Both the position numbers and the translations under genes were made by a program. The notes under the pieces were generated by a model. The model was not told the origin of the DNA. It did not search any database and saw nothing but the letters and a program-made list of their open reading frames with translations. A DNA stretch of 32,000 nucleotides. Origin: Planctopirus limnophila DSM 3776. GTDB taxonomy: Bacteria; Planctomycetota; Planctomycetia; Planctomycetales; Planctomycetaceae. The stretch's first letter is position 1. The number at the start of each line of letters is the position of its first letter. The stretch covers positions 420,001 through 452,000 of the forward strand of contig NC_014148.1 in the NCBI RefSeq assembly GCF_000092105.1, read 5' to 3'. Shown here piece by piece: positions 8,663 to 15,304 of the stretch.

Positions 8663-9262
8663 TTGACTCCTATTTCGACGCTGCCATACGAACAATCTCT
8701 GCTTGCGTTGATTCGCAAAGGTGAGAGCGTCGAGCTTGAACTGAAAACGACCGTTCCGAGTCCGACCGCGCTCGCACAACTCATCTCTGGATTTGCAAAC
8801 GCATCAGGCGGCACAATCATCATTGGCGTGCAAGAGCCAGATACCGTTGTCGGATGCGACTGGCAGACCGTTTCTCGGGCATTTGAAAGAGCGCAGCAAC
8901 AACTAAACCCAGTACCGGATTGCTACCTTCATCAGGCGACGATTTCAGGCAAGATTGTCGGTGTCCTGAATATCGCGAAATCGTCGAAGCCAGTGGTGTC
9001 ATCAGGTGGAGCGTTTGTTCGCGAGGGAGATCGCACTCGTCCGATTACCGCACCAGAGATCGAGCAGCGCTTGGCCACGCCCGGTGCAATTGATACATCG
9101 GCGATTTCAAAAGCGTTGGCGGACAATACTGCAACAATTGAACGGCTCACCGCAGCGATTTCTCGCGCCCAAAGCCTTCATGGGCAGTGGCTTGGTTACG
9201 CAATCGGGTTTGTGTTGGGTATCTTGCTTCTGTCATTGCAAGCTTCATCTACGCCGTCCTAA
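8663..9262 (+). CDS. Cassette 2: AlbA_2 (Schlafen-like, divergent AAA/DNA-binding) domain protein with a C-terminal transmembrane helix
   Basis: GESVELELKTTVPSPTALAQLISGFANASGGTIIIGV matches the AlbA_2 signature (E-x-x-x-[LV]-E-[FL]-K ... AFANxxGGxxxIGV). The C-terminus WLGYAIGFVLGILLLSL is hydrophobic. The only start available is TTG, so the start position is uncertain. Confidence 0.7.
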   Translation: MTPISTLPYEQSLLALIRKGESVELELKTTVPSPTALAQLISGFANASGGTIIIGVQEPDTVVGCDWQTVSRAFERAQQQLNPVPDCYLHQATISGKIVGVLNIAKSSKPVVSSGGAFVREGDRTRPITAPEIEQRLATPGAIDTSAISKALADNTATIERLTAAISRAQSLHGQWLGYAIGFVLGILLLSLQASSTPS

Positions 9263-9286
9263 CGGCCAACAATGCCGGACAATAAT

Positions 9287-9377
9287 GCCGAACAATCGGT
9301 TCAACCGGAGCCGCGGGCCGCGCGGTTTCTGAATTCAAGGTTGGTTGGCCGCGGCCCGGTTAACCGTGACGTTCTGC
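9287..9377 (+). repeat. attC site 2 (91 bp)
   Basis: R'' is GCCGAAC at 9287-9293 and R' is GTTCTGC at 9371-9377. The arms GGTT-C-AACCGG-A-GCCGCGG-GCC and GGCCGCGGCCCGGTTAACC pair, leaving three unpaired bases in the left arm. The core is nearly identical to that of attC5. Confidence 0.85.
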
Positions 9378-9395
9378 CAAGACTGGAGAAGCTTC

Positions 9396-10064
9396 ATGCG
9401 AACTAGCCTTCCTGTTCTGATAGCCTGCGTCTTGGTCGCGGCATCTGGCAAAGCCCAAGACAAAGATGAGCGTCAGGTGGACGTCCCCAAATTGATCAAC
9501 GCACTTGCGTCGGAAAATCCAGCACCAACGGAACGTAGCGGACCGGATCTCAAATTTCCTTCCGGCTATGATCGCAAGAAACAAGCCCCAGTTCGAAGCG
9601 CGAAGAGCCAGCTCAAGGCTTTGGGGCCTGCTGCGTTCAAGTCACTTATTGAAAATTGGGGCGACCAGCGGTACTGCTTAACGTATTCCGTTGGAATCAA
9701 CGGATACATGAAAAATGCGACCGTCGGAAAAATGTGCCGAGTTATTGTGTACGACCAGATTCAACCTTACGGAATATGGCCTCGCACAGAAGGCGACCCG
9801 CGCGGCAAGCCAAAGCGGCCGTCTTATCCCGGCGTGTTCCTGAATGATCAAAAAGCTGCGACAAGATGGCTGGAAGAGCACAAAGACAAATCACTTTTTG
9901 AGATTCAATTGATGGTCATCGATTGGGTCATCGCACGGGAATCCGAGAGCCCGAAAGACTTTACTGACGAAGAACGCGCAGTCATGCGGGAAATTCGAGA
10001 AAAGCTCGTTGAATCGAAGAAGCCGATGACACGGGGCAATTACTACATGGATGATTATGACTGA
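9396..10064 (+). CDS. Cassette 3: secreted hypothetical protein (signal peptide)
   Basis: The ATG at 9396 is preceded by GGAGA. The N-terminus MRTSLPVLIACVLVAASGKAQ is a typical Sec signal. The track's longer ORF from 9345 begins inside attC2. Confidence 0.65.
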   Translation: MRTSLPVLIACVLVAASGKAQDKDERQVDVPKLINALASENPAPTERSGPDLKFPSGYDRKKQAPVRSAKSQLKALGPAAFKSLIENWGDQRYCLTYSVGINGYMKNATVGKMCRVIVYDQIQPYGIWPRTEGDPRGKPKRPSYPGVFLNDQKAATRWLEEHKDKSLFEIQLMVIDWVIARESESPKDFTDEERAVMREIREKLVESKKPMTRGNYYMDDYD

Positions 10065-10071
10065 AGTAAAG

Positions 10072-10163
10072 GCAGAACAAAGCGTTGGACGCGGAGCCGC
10101 CGATCGCGTCGTTCCTGAAGTCAATGTTGATTGGCGGCGGCCCGGTCAACGCCACCGTTATGC
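10072..10163 (+). repeat. attC site 3 (92 bp)
   Basis: R'' is GCAGAAC at 10072-10078 and R' is GTTATGC at 10157-10163. The arms GCGTTGGAC..GCCGCCG and CGGCGGC..GTCAACGC pair, with bulged bases. Confidence 0.85.
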
Positions 10164-10852
10164 GAAAAAAGATGTCCTCCCTTGCTGACTTCAAAGAATT
10201 GGTCGACCACATTTGCAAGCGTCACCGAATGTACGTTTGCGACGGGACGTTCTACGAAGTTGCCGCATACATCCAAGGGTTTGCAGCCGCGATGACGGAA
10301 TCACCATTCGGAGGTGAAAATAGATTTGCGTTCAACGAGTACGTCACTCTAGCCTGTGGATTCCCGGCAAAACTGGCCTGGCCGTTTGTACTGAAGAAGG
10401 CAACACAAACTGACGAAGATGCGATTGCCAAATTGCACACATTGTTGACCGCTTACATCGAAGCAGTTGACGGAAACCGTGTCGCACAACTGCTTTCAAC
10501 CGAACGAATGAATGGTTCGGTGCGAGATGCTGAACCTCAGGTCATTTGCTGGCGACTATTTTCGAGGGCGCTTCATCGCGGTGATCAAATAGAGATCGAG
10601 AAACATGCATTGCAACGTGACGACATTCAAATTCTATGGTCGAGTAGTTATCCTGCTGACTTGATTCCAAAGATGGATGAAATCGCGGAATCCTATTCGA
10701 TTCCAGTGCTGTTTGTCTCCGACGATGGAATGCTATCACGTGTGATGACACCGGATTTTGGCGAGATCGAGTTGGAAATGCTCGACGGATCTTGGAAGAT
10801 CGACCCCAGCCCAATAATCCGGCAACGAATCTATGCCAATACGAAGACATAG
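10160..10852 (+). CDS. Cassette 4: hypothetical protein
   Basis: The ATG at 10160 lies inside the R' box GTTATGC, and the ATG at 10172 is an alternative start. The frame is open to the TAG at 10850-10852. No family was recognised. Confidence 0.6.
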   Translation: MRKKMSSLADFKELVDHICKRHRMYVCDGTFYEVAAYIQGFAAAMTESPFGGENRFAFNEYVTLACGFPAKLAWPFVLKKATQTDEDAIAKLHTLLTAYIEAVDGNRVAQLLSTERMNGSVRDAEPQVICWRLFSRALHRGDQIEIEKHALQRDDIQILWSSSYPADLIPKMDEIAESYSIPVLFVSDDGMLSRVMTPDFGEIELEMLDGSWKIDPSPIIRQRIYANTKT

Positions 10853-10858
10853 GGAATC

Positions 10859-10948
10859 GCGTAACAATCCGATGGACCGAAGCGGTGGATCGGCCGCTTC
10901 CTGATGGAAAATTTATTTGCCACCGCTCGGTCATCGGTGGCGTTACGC
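10859..10948 (+). repeat. attC site 4 (90 bp)
   Basis: R'' is GCGTAAC at 10859-10865 and R' is GTTACGC at 10942-10948, an exact reverse complement. The arms CCGATG-G-ACCGA-A-GCGGTGG and CCACCGCTCGGTCATCGG pair, with two bulged bases. Confidence 0.85.
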
Positions 10949-10969
10949 CCCAACAACAACTCGGTCGTT

Positions 10970-11485
10970 ATGATCCCTGACTACTCGATGGAATTGTGCT
11001 TTTCCGAGTCTGGCAAGGCTCTCGTCCGATCGCGTGTAGCAGACCTTTGTGACGACGAGTCTGCAGACATTGTCCGAGAGCTTCCTTTCGACGATGCGAA
11101 AGTGGCTGTCGAAATTTGTTTACTCGCACCACCTAATGCCCCGCACGAGATGCTTGACGGGTTCTCCGTTCAGAACGGTGTCTCATCCTGCGGGATTGTC
11201 GATCTTGAATACTCACCAACGAGCCAGTACAGCCAGATCAACGGAAGCTTTAGTCTCGAATTCTGGCCACGAACTCGGCGGCTGCAATACATCTTCTTCG
11301 CTTCAATGACATTCCGAACCCAAATTACGAAGCTTCTTGCCGAGTGTGGCGGAACATGGGGTGCTATTATATTTGAATCGTCGCTTCCAATTGAGTTTTG
11401 GTCTCGCGAACGGGGGCGATTTAATGATGACCGGCCAGATAGACAAGATGGCAAGCTATTGCTACCGTCGGAACTAAAATCCTAA
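10970..11485 (+). CDS. Cassette 5: hypothetical protein
   Basis: The first ATG after the attC4 R' box is at 10970, and 10988 is an alternative start. The frame is open to the TAA at 11483-11485. No family was recognised. Confidence 0.55.
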   Translation: MIPDYSMELCFSESGKALVRSRVADLCDDESADIVRELPFDDAKVAVEICLLAPPNAPHEMLDGFSVQNGVSSCGIVDLEYSPTSQYSQINGSFSLEFWPRTRRLQYIFFASMTFRTQITKLLAECGGTWGAIIFESSLPIEFWSRERGRFNDDRPDRQDGKLLLPSELKS

Positions 11486-11488
11486 ATG

Positions 11489-11580
11489 GCATAACAAGCC
11501 GTTGCACACGGAGCCGCGGGCCGCGCGGTTTCTGAAATCAATGTTGGTTAGCCGCGGCCCGGTGAACCGGGTCGTTATGG
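11489..11580 (+). repeat. attC site 5 (92 bp)
   Basis: R'' is GCATAAC at 11489-11495 and R' is GTTATGG at 11574-11580. By hand alignment the core ggagccgcgggccgcgcggtttctgaaatcaatgttggttagccgcggcccggt differs from the attC2 core at only 3 positions. Confidence 0.85.
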
Positions 11581-11590
11581 CCAGAAAATC

Positions 11591-11920
11591 ATGAAACTAG
11601 GAAAACCGGAAATCAGTTTGGCCGTCTCTGACATCAAAGCGTCTTTAGTGTTTTACGAGGCACTCGGATTCAAGCGTGTCGAAGGAGCCGAAGAGGAAAA
11701 GTGGGTTGTTGTAGCACAACCAGACCTCCGAATTGGATTATATGAAGGTCACGTTGATGCGAATTCATTGACCTTTTTCGGAGGCGATATAGAAGCGATC
11801 TCGGTAAAGCTTCATGAAGCAGGTTTCGAACTCAAACAGGGTCCCGAAACTGAAGAAGATGGTAGCATTGGAGCGAAAGCAGTCGATCCAGACGGGAATC
11901 TGATCTATTTCAATACGTAA
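11591..11920 (+). CDS. Cassette 6: VOC family protein (glyoxalase/bleomycin-resistance/dioxygenase fold)
   Basis: The 109 aa product starts with the pattern LAVSDIKASLVFYEALGF and ends with AVDPDGNLIYF. Both are typical of the paired beta-alpha-beta-beta-beta VOC fold. Confidence 0.85.
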   Translation: MKLGKPEISLAVSDIKASLVFYEALGFKRVEGAEEEKWVVVAQPDLRIGLYEGHVDANSLTFFGGDIEAISVKLHEAGFELKQGPETEEDGSIGAKAVDPDGNLIYFNT

Positions 11921-11930
11921 CCCATCACGG

Positions 11931-12023
11931 CCATAACAAAACGGATGCAGGCAACGGCTCGAATGGCGTCTGTCGTGTGATCGACGCCTCCCGCTCGCCG
12001 TCGCCTGATCCGGGGCGTTCGGC
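11931..12023 (+). repeat. attC site 6 (93 bp)
   Basis: R'' is CCATAAC at 11931-11937 and R' is GTTCGGC at 12017-12023. The arms CGGAT-G-CAGGCAACGGC and GCCGTCGCCTGATCCG pair, as do GGCGTC and GACGCC around the loop tgtcgtgtgatc. Confidence 0.75.
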
Positions 12024-12082
12024 GGCGAAGGGCTTTCGCGGGTGATACGGATGTCTTTAGGCCACAATGGAGGCTTCGGCGG

Positions 12083-12634
12083 ATGTTGTCGAGAGACGGT
12101 GCCCGGCTGCAAGTATTCCTTGACCTCCAACGGCATGGGCCGCGGCGGGGGCCCGAGGAACTTGTCATCCTTGACGAGCATACAATTGAGCGGCCGTGGG
12201 GTTGGGTGTTCTTTTTCACCACTCGTGGCTGCCGTGATGGTGATCTCACATACGCCGTTGGCGGAAACGCCCCCTACATGGTCAACCGAGATGGCAGCAT
12301 ACGTCTTGCTGGGACAGGTCGTCCGATAGAGGATTACATTCGAGAGTACGAGTCTGAATTGGAACGGCAGTCAGGTGCATGGGAGTTGGTCATCAGTGAG
12401 CCGTCACCATGCTCAACAACGGCTGCAAAAAGCATCCGCGCGGCGCTCGGTCTATCGATTGCTGAAGTAGGTGCTATTCGCCATCGCCTGCCGGGTCTCG
12501 TTTCGGCCGGGGCATACGCAGACCTCGAACCCTTGTATGGGCGTCTGGTGGACGCTGGCATACGGGCGGAAATCCGGAAAGCTAAGGTGAACGAGGCCGA
12601 ACAAGACGCTGCACCTGACCGCGGCGGCGGGTAA
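12083..12634 (+). CDS. Cassette 7: Imm35/YrhB-like immunity-type domain fused to a ribosomal L7/L12 C-terminal-like domain, G+C-rich
   Basis: The N-terminal half (ERPWGWVFFFTTR...GGNAPYMVNRDGSI...IEDYIREYE) resembles the YrhB/Imm35 family. The C-terminal part (AAKSIRAALGLSIAEVGAIR...LVDAGIRAEIRK) aligns by eye with the L7/L12 CTD (IKAVRGATGLGLKEAKDLV...LEEAGAEVEVK). GGAGG lies 10 nt upstream of the ATG. Confidence 0.7.
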   Translation: MLSRDGARLQVFLDLQRHGPRRGPEELVILDEHTIERPWGWVFFFTTRGCRDGDLTYAVGGNAPYMVNRDGSIRLAGTGRPIEDYIREYESELERQSGAWELVISEPSPCSTTAAKSIRAALGLSIAEVGAIRHRLPGLVSAGAYADLEPLYGRLVDAGIRAEIRKAKVNEAEQDAAPDRGGG

Positions 12635-12696
12635 TATGATTCAGAGATCAGCGTCTCACTCGCCGCCCGGCAGGTGAGCAAAAGCGTTCGTCTTCG

Positions 12697-12778
12697 GCAG
12701 AATGTGACAAGATCAAATGGGACAGCGGGGGGATTCGGAACGTCAGATCAACAAAACCCCCGCCCGCCTGAGTTCTGC
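12697..12778 (+). repeat. attC site 7 (82 bp, degenerate); right end of the array
   Basis: R'' is GCAGAAT at 12697-12703 and R' is GTTCTGC at 12772-12778. The inner stem is GCGGGGG / CCCCCGC. Arm lengths are asymmetric, so this is the weakest site. Confidence 0.4.
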
Positions 12779-12901
12779 AGATCGTCGTCAGAACCCATGA
12801 GTTCTGTTTGATTTGCGTTAGTCTATATCTGGATGGCAACGCTTTGGTTATGCTCACTGGAAACAGTTCGCCGAATCCCTTCACAAGGTCATCCGATCCC
12901 C

Positions 12902-13366
12902 ATGAGTATCTTCGATACGATTAAAGGCTGGTTGAACATCGGGGGAGTGAAAGTCGCCCTGCAGCTTGATAACAAACAGATTGCCTGTTCGGGCAACGAG
13001 ATCGCTGGTTCGGTCGAGCTTTCTTCCAAGGGTGAGAAAGAAATTCTGAGGCTCACGTATCGGTTTTTGACTCGACATATCACCGGCACCGGCCAGGCCC
13101 GCTCTGTCGTCGATAAGATTATCGCCGAGACTGTCGAAGAGGTTCCGTTCCAGATGACTGCAGGCGAAATCAAGACGCTGCGGTTCGCGATTCCCTATGT
13201 GATTCCCCCGGAATTTTATGAAACCGGCGGCGTGCTTGGGGCCCTTGGCAAGGCAGGTGCCCTGGTCGTTAACGCCCGACGCTCTTGGCACGTTATGGTG
13301 GTTTGCGACGTACGCGGTACGGCCCTGGACCCGATGTCTATGGTCGAGGTCAAATTGGTCGAATGA
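12902..13366 (+). CDS. SpoOM (Spo0M) family protein, arrestin-like fold
   Basis: MSIFDTIKGWLNIGGVKVALQLDNKQIACSGNEIAGSVEL resembles the N-terminus of the sporulation-control Spo0M family. The ATG at 12902 is preferred over the track start at 12833. Confidence 0.7.
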   Translation: MSIFDTIKGWLNIGGVKVALQLDNKQIACSGNEIAGSVELSSKGEKEILRLTYRFLTRHITGTGQARSVVDKIIAETVEEVPFQMTAGEIKTLRFAIPYVIPPEFYETGGVLGALGKAGALVVNARRSWHVMVVCDVRGTALDPMSMVEVKLVE

Positions 13367-13608
13367 TTTCGCTTGAGTCAATTGAAAGATGGCAATTGGC
13401 AGGTACGCCGGCAGCGCTGGGTGGCACAGGTTGCTCGTCCGCGAGCTACCTGTGTGCCGGAGGCAAAAGAGGTTTGGCTGCCGCAAGCACTGCAATGTGA
13501 GTCCCTGAGGATCACAGATGGGACTCTGCAAGAAAGCGACTCTGCCAGTGCCCTCTGGTGGCTTGGCCGCCCCTGTAGAAACCGGAATTTCAACCGGGCC
13601 ACCCTGCC

Positions 13609-13691
13609 GAAACTGAGAGTCCCCGTCGCTGACGCTTCCGGCTCGTGGATGGATTTTAGAGGGTTCGCGAGCCGTAGACCGATTACTGAGC
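13609..13691 (+). repeat. REP-like ~83 nt repeat unit, copy 2 (direct repeat of 7751-7833)
   Basis: Hand alignment to 7751-7833 gives about 10 mismatches over about 83 nt. The shared core is gagtccccgtcgct(c/g)acgcttccggctcgtggatgg...ggttcgcga(a/g)ccgtagaccgat. Confidence 0.8.
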
Positions 13692-13826
13692 CCCTTGCTT
13701 TTCAAGGATGTCGTCCATCGCAGGCAGGCCCTTTGCATTTGTTGTTCAACCGACATGGCTCACCTTCGATCTACAACCGTGTTCTCAGAGCATTCCCACT
13801 GATCTTCGCGATAAACGACCCTTGGA

Positions 13827-14279
13827 TCAATCACTAAGTTGAGGCCCTTCGGGGGGTTTCAGGAAGGCGAAGAAGATGCAGATGAGGTAGGTGCCATAGA
13901 CGACGGCGGGAAACACCCAGGCTTCAGCAGGTTCATCATTGGCAAAATTGAAGATCGCGACTGTCCCTTCACAGAGCATCAGCAGGGCAATGGCACAGCC
14001 GAGGAAAAACTGTCGCCAGAGGGGAGGTGTGGATATTCCCAGCCGGCGAAACTGTCTGTAGCCGATCGAAGATCGAACCAATGCCGCGATGATCGGCACC
14101 AGGACGACGACACTGATCACTGCCAGATCATTGCCCCGAGCCAACATTTGAACGAACAAAGGGAGAGTTGCCATAATTCCCGGCAAGATCCCGTCCCAGG
14201 CAATGATCTGTTTCCAACTCACCCCAGCACCTCTCCTTCGCTGATGACCAGCAATCGTGGGCTCACTTGCCGCTTCCAT
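13827..14279 (-). CDS. Hypothetical membrane protein (about 4 TM segments)
   Basis: The 150 aa ORF has hydrophobic stretches (ILPGIMATLPLFV, VISVVVLVPIIAALV, FFLGCAIALLMLCEGTVAIF, VFPAVVYGTYLICIFFAF). No family was recognised. Confidence 0.55.
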   Translation of the reverse strand: MEAASEPTIAGHQRRRGAGVSWKQIIAWDGILPGIMATLPLFVQMLARGNDLAVISVVVLVPIIAALVRSSIGYRQFRRLGISTPPLWRQFFLGCAIALLMLCEGTVAIFNFANDEPAEAWVFPAVVYGTYLICIFFAFLKPPEGPQLSD

Positions 14280-14347
14280 GGGCCGCGTATCATGCGATCA
14301 TCAAGGCAGGCAATCATACCTTTGCAGCCCGGTAGCCCGGTAGCGCG

Positions 14348-15026
14348 GTAGGGTGGGTTAAGGCTTTGCGCAACCCACCATCATCTCACACATCCCGCAA
14401 TTGTGATGAACACATCCCCGGCATCACTCAAAATCACTGAATTCGTCGTTGTCCCATGAAATCGTGCGGCCCCACTCCAGGGTATATTCACCAGCTTGCA
14501 CGAACCGATGAAATGAGCTCCAAGGCCAATCGGCAACGCGGTTCACCAAGCCGTGCTTCAGCGGATTGGCGTGGATGTAATCGATGCAGCGTTTCAAATC
14601 CTCTTCGTCGCGACAAGTGTGTTCGTAAAAGCGTCGTTGCCAGATCGCCTGCTCACCTCTCGACTGGCGGCTGGTGCTGGGCGTGACATCGGCATTCCCT
14701 TCTTGAAGCCATGCCTTGGTGAAATACATTTTGATCAACCTCCAGCGGCGGGAATAGTCAACATCGTTGCGGGGCAATGTCCAGACAGTGTGCAGGTGAT
14801 CGGGAAGCAGCACGATCGCAACAATCTCAAAGGGATGCTTTCTGTGAACAGTGCGTATCGCCTGACGCAAATGGTGACGGGCGGTATCGGTCGTCAAAAT
14901 CGGACGGCGGCGTTCTGTTACGACCGTGAAGAAGAACGTTCGGCCGTTGTAGTTCCGGCGATAATCGCTCATGGTAATTCTGATCATTAGGGTTGGCGGG
15001 TTGCGCAGAGCCTTAACCCACCCTAC
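14348..15026 (-). mobile_element. RAYT unit: IS200-like tyrosine transposase gene flanked by 29 bp inverted hairpin (REP-like) repeats
   Basis: gtagggtgggttaaggctttgcgcaaccc at 14348-14376 is matched by the reverse complement of 14998-15026, with 1 mismatch. Each copy can fold as GGTGGGTT-loop-AACCCACC. Short tandem repeats lie outside both repeats (cggtagc on the left, tacgac on the right). Confidence 0.7.
14424..14972 (-). CDS. REP-associated tyrosine transposase (RAYT; IS200/Y1 HUH family)
   Basis: MSDYRRNYNGRTFFFTVVT...VLLPDHLHTVW carries the HUH motif (HLH), and CIDYIHANPLKHGLV carries the catalytic Tyr context. The ATG at 14972 was checked against the sequence. The track's 39 aa N-terminal extension is a read-through of the REP hairpin. 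Confidence 0.85.
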   Translation of the reverse strand: MSDYRRNYNGRTFFFTVVTERRRPILTTDTARHHLRQAIRTVHRKHPFEIVAIVLLPDHLHTVWTLPRNDVDYSRRWRLIKMYFTKAWLQEGNADVTPSTSRQSRGEQAIWQRRFYEHTCRDEEDLKRCIDYIHANPLKHGLVNRVADWPWSSFHRFVQAGEYTLEWGRTISWDNDEFSDFE

Positions 15027-15304
15027 GACTACGACTCCAACGACTCCACTACACTTTCTTGTCTTTGCAGATTCCCTTCTGATCGCCATTGGGCAAGCCG
15101 AACGACTGATTTGTCATCGACTGCTTGCGGAACTCATTCCTGCCAAACTTTCCATCATTCACTCGACAGTTATGGATTATCGACTCCTGAACAGCTAAAA
15201 CATTGACAGTTGTCGATATGTGAAAGTCGTCTGTTGATCCATCGATGATTTCATCACGTCAGACCGATTTCGACATCTGAATCACAACTCTGGCAGTCAA
15301 CCGC

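Larger units (their letters stand above)
8079..12778 (+). mobile_element. Integron-type gene cassette array (7 cassettes, 7 attC sites) with no integrase in the window (CALIN-like)
   Basis: Seven co-oriented ORFs are each followed, 6-62 nt after the stop, by an 82-93 bp imperfect palindrome. Each palindrome is bounded by RYYYAAC (GCCGAAC, GCAGAAC, GCGTAAC, GCATAAC, CCATAAC) and GTTRRRY-like boxes (GTTCGGC, GTTCTGC, GTTATGC, GTTACGC, GTTATGG). Single-base bulges occur in one arm. G+C content varies between cassettes. Confidence 0.8.

Noticed and set aside
8543-12778. Regularly spaced repeats considered as a CRISPR array
   Set aside because: The repeats are 82-93 bp imperfect palindromes with divergent inner sequence. 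They are spaced 500-800 bp apart, with an ORF in each interval. This is attC architecture, not 25-40 bp identical direct repeats with short spacers.
12881-13756. 291 aa ORF on the minus strand
   Set aside because: It runs antisense to the well-supported Spo0M-like gene and reads through the REP-like repeat. The peptide HPRAGSVSDGDSQF recurs in another spurious ORF at 7658-7984 purely because of that repeat. Its composition is Arg/Ser/Gly-rich and it has no motifs.
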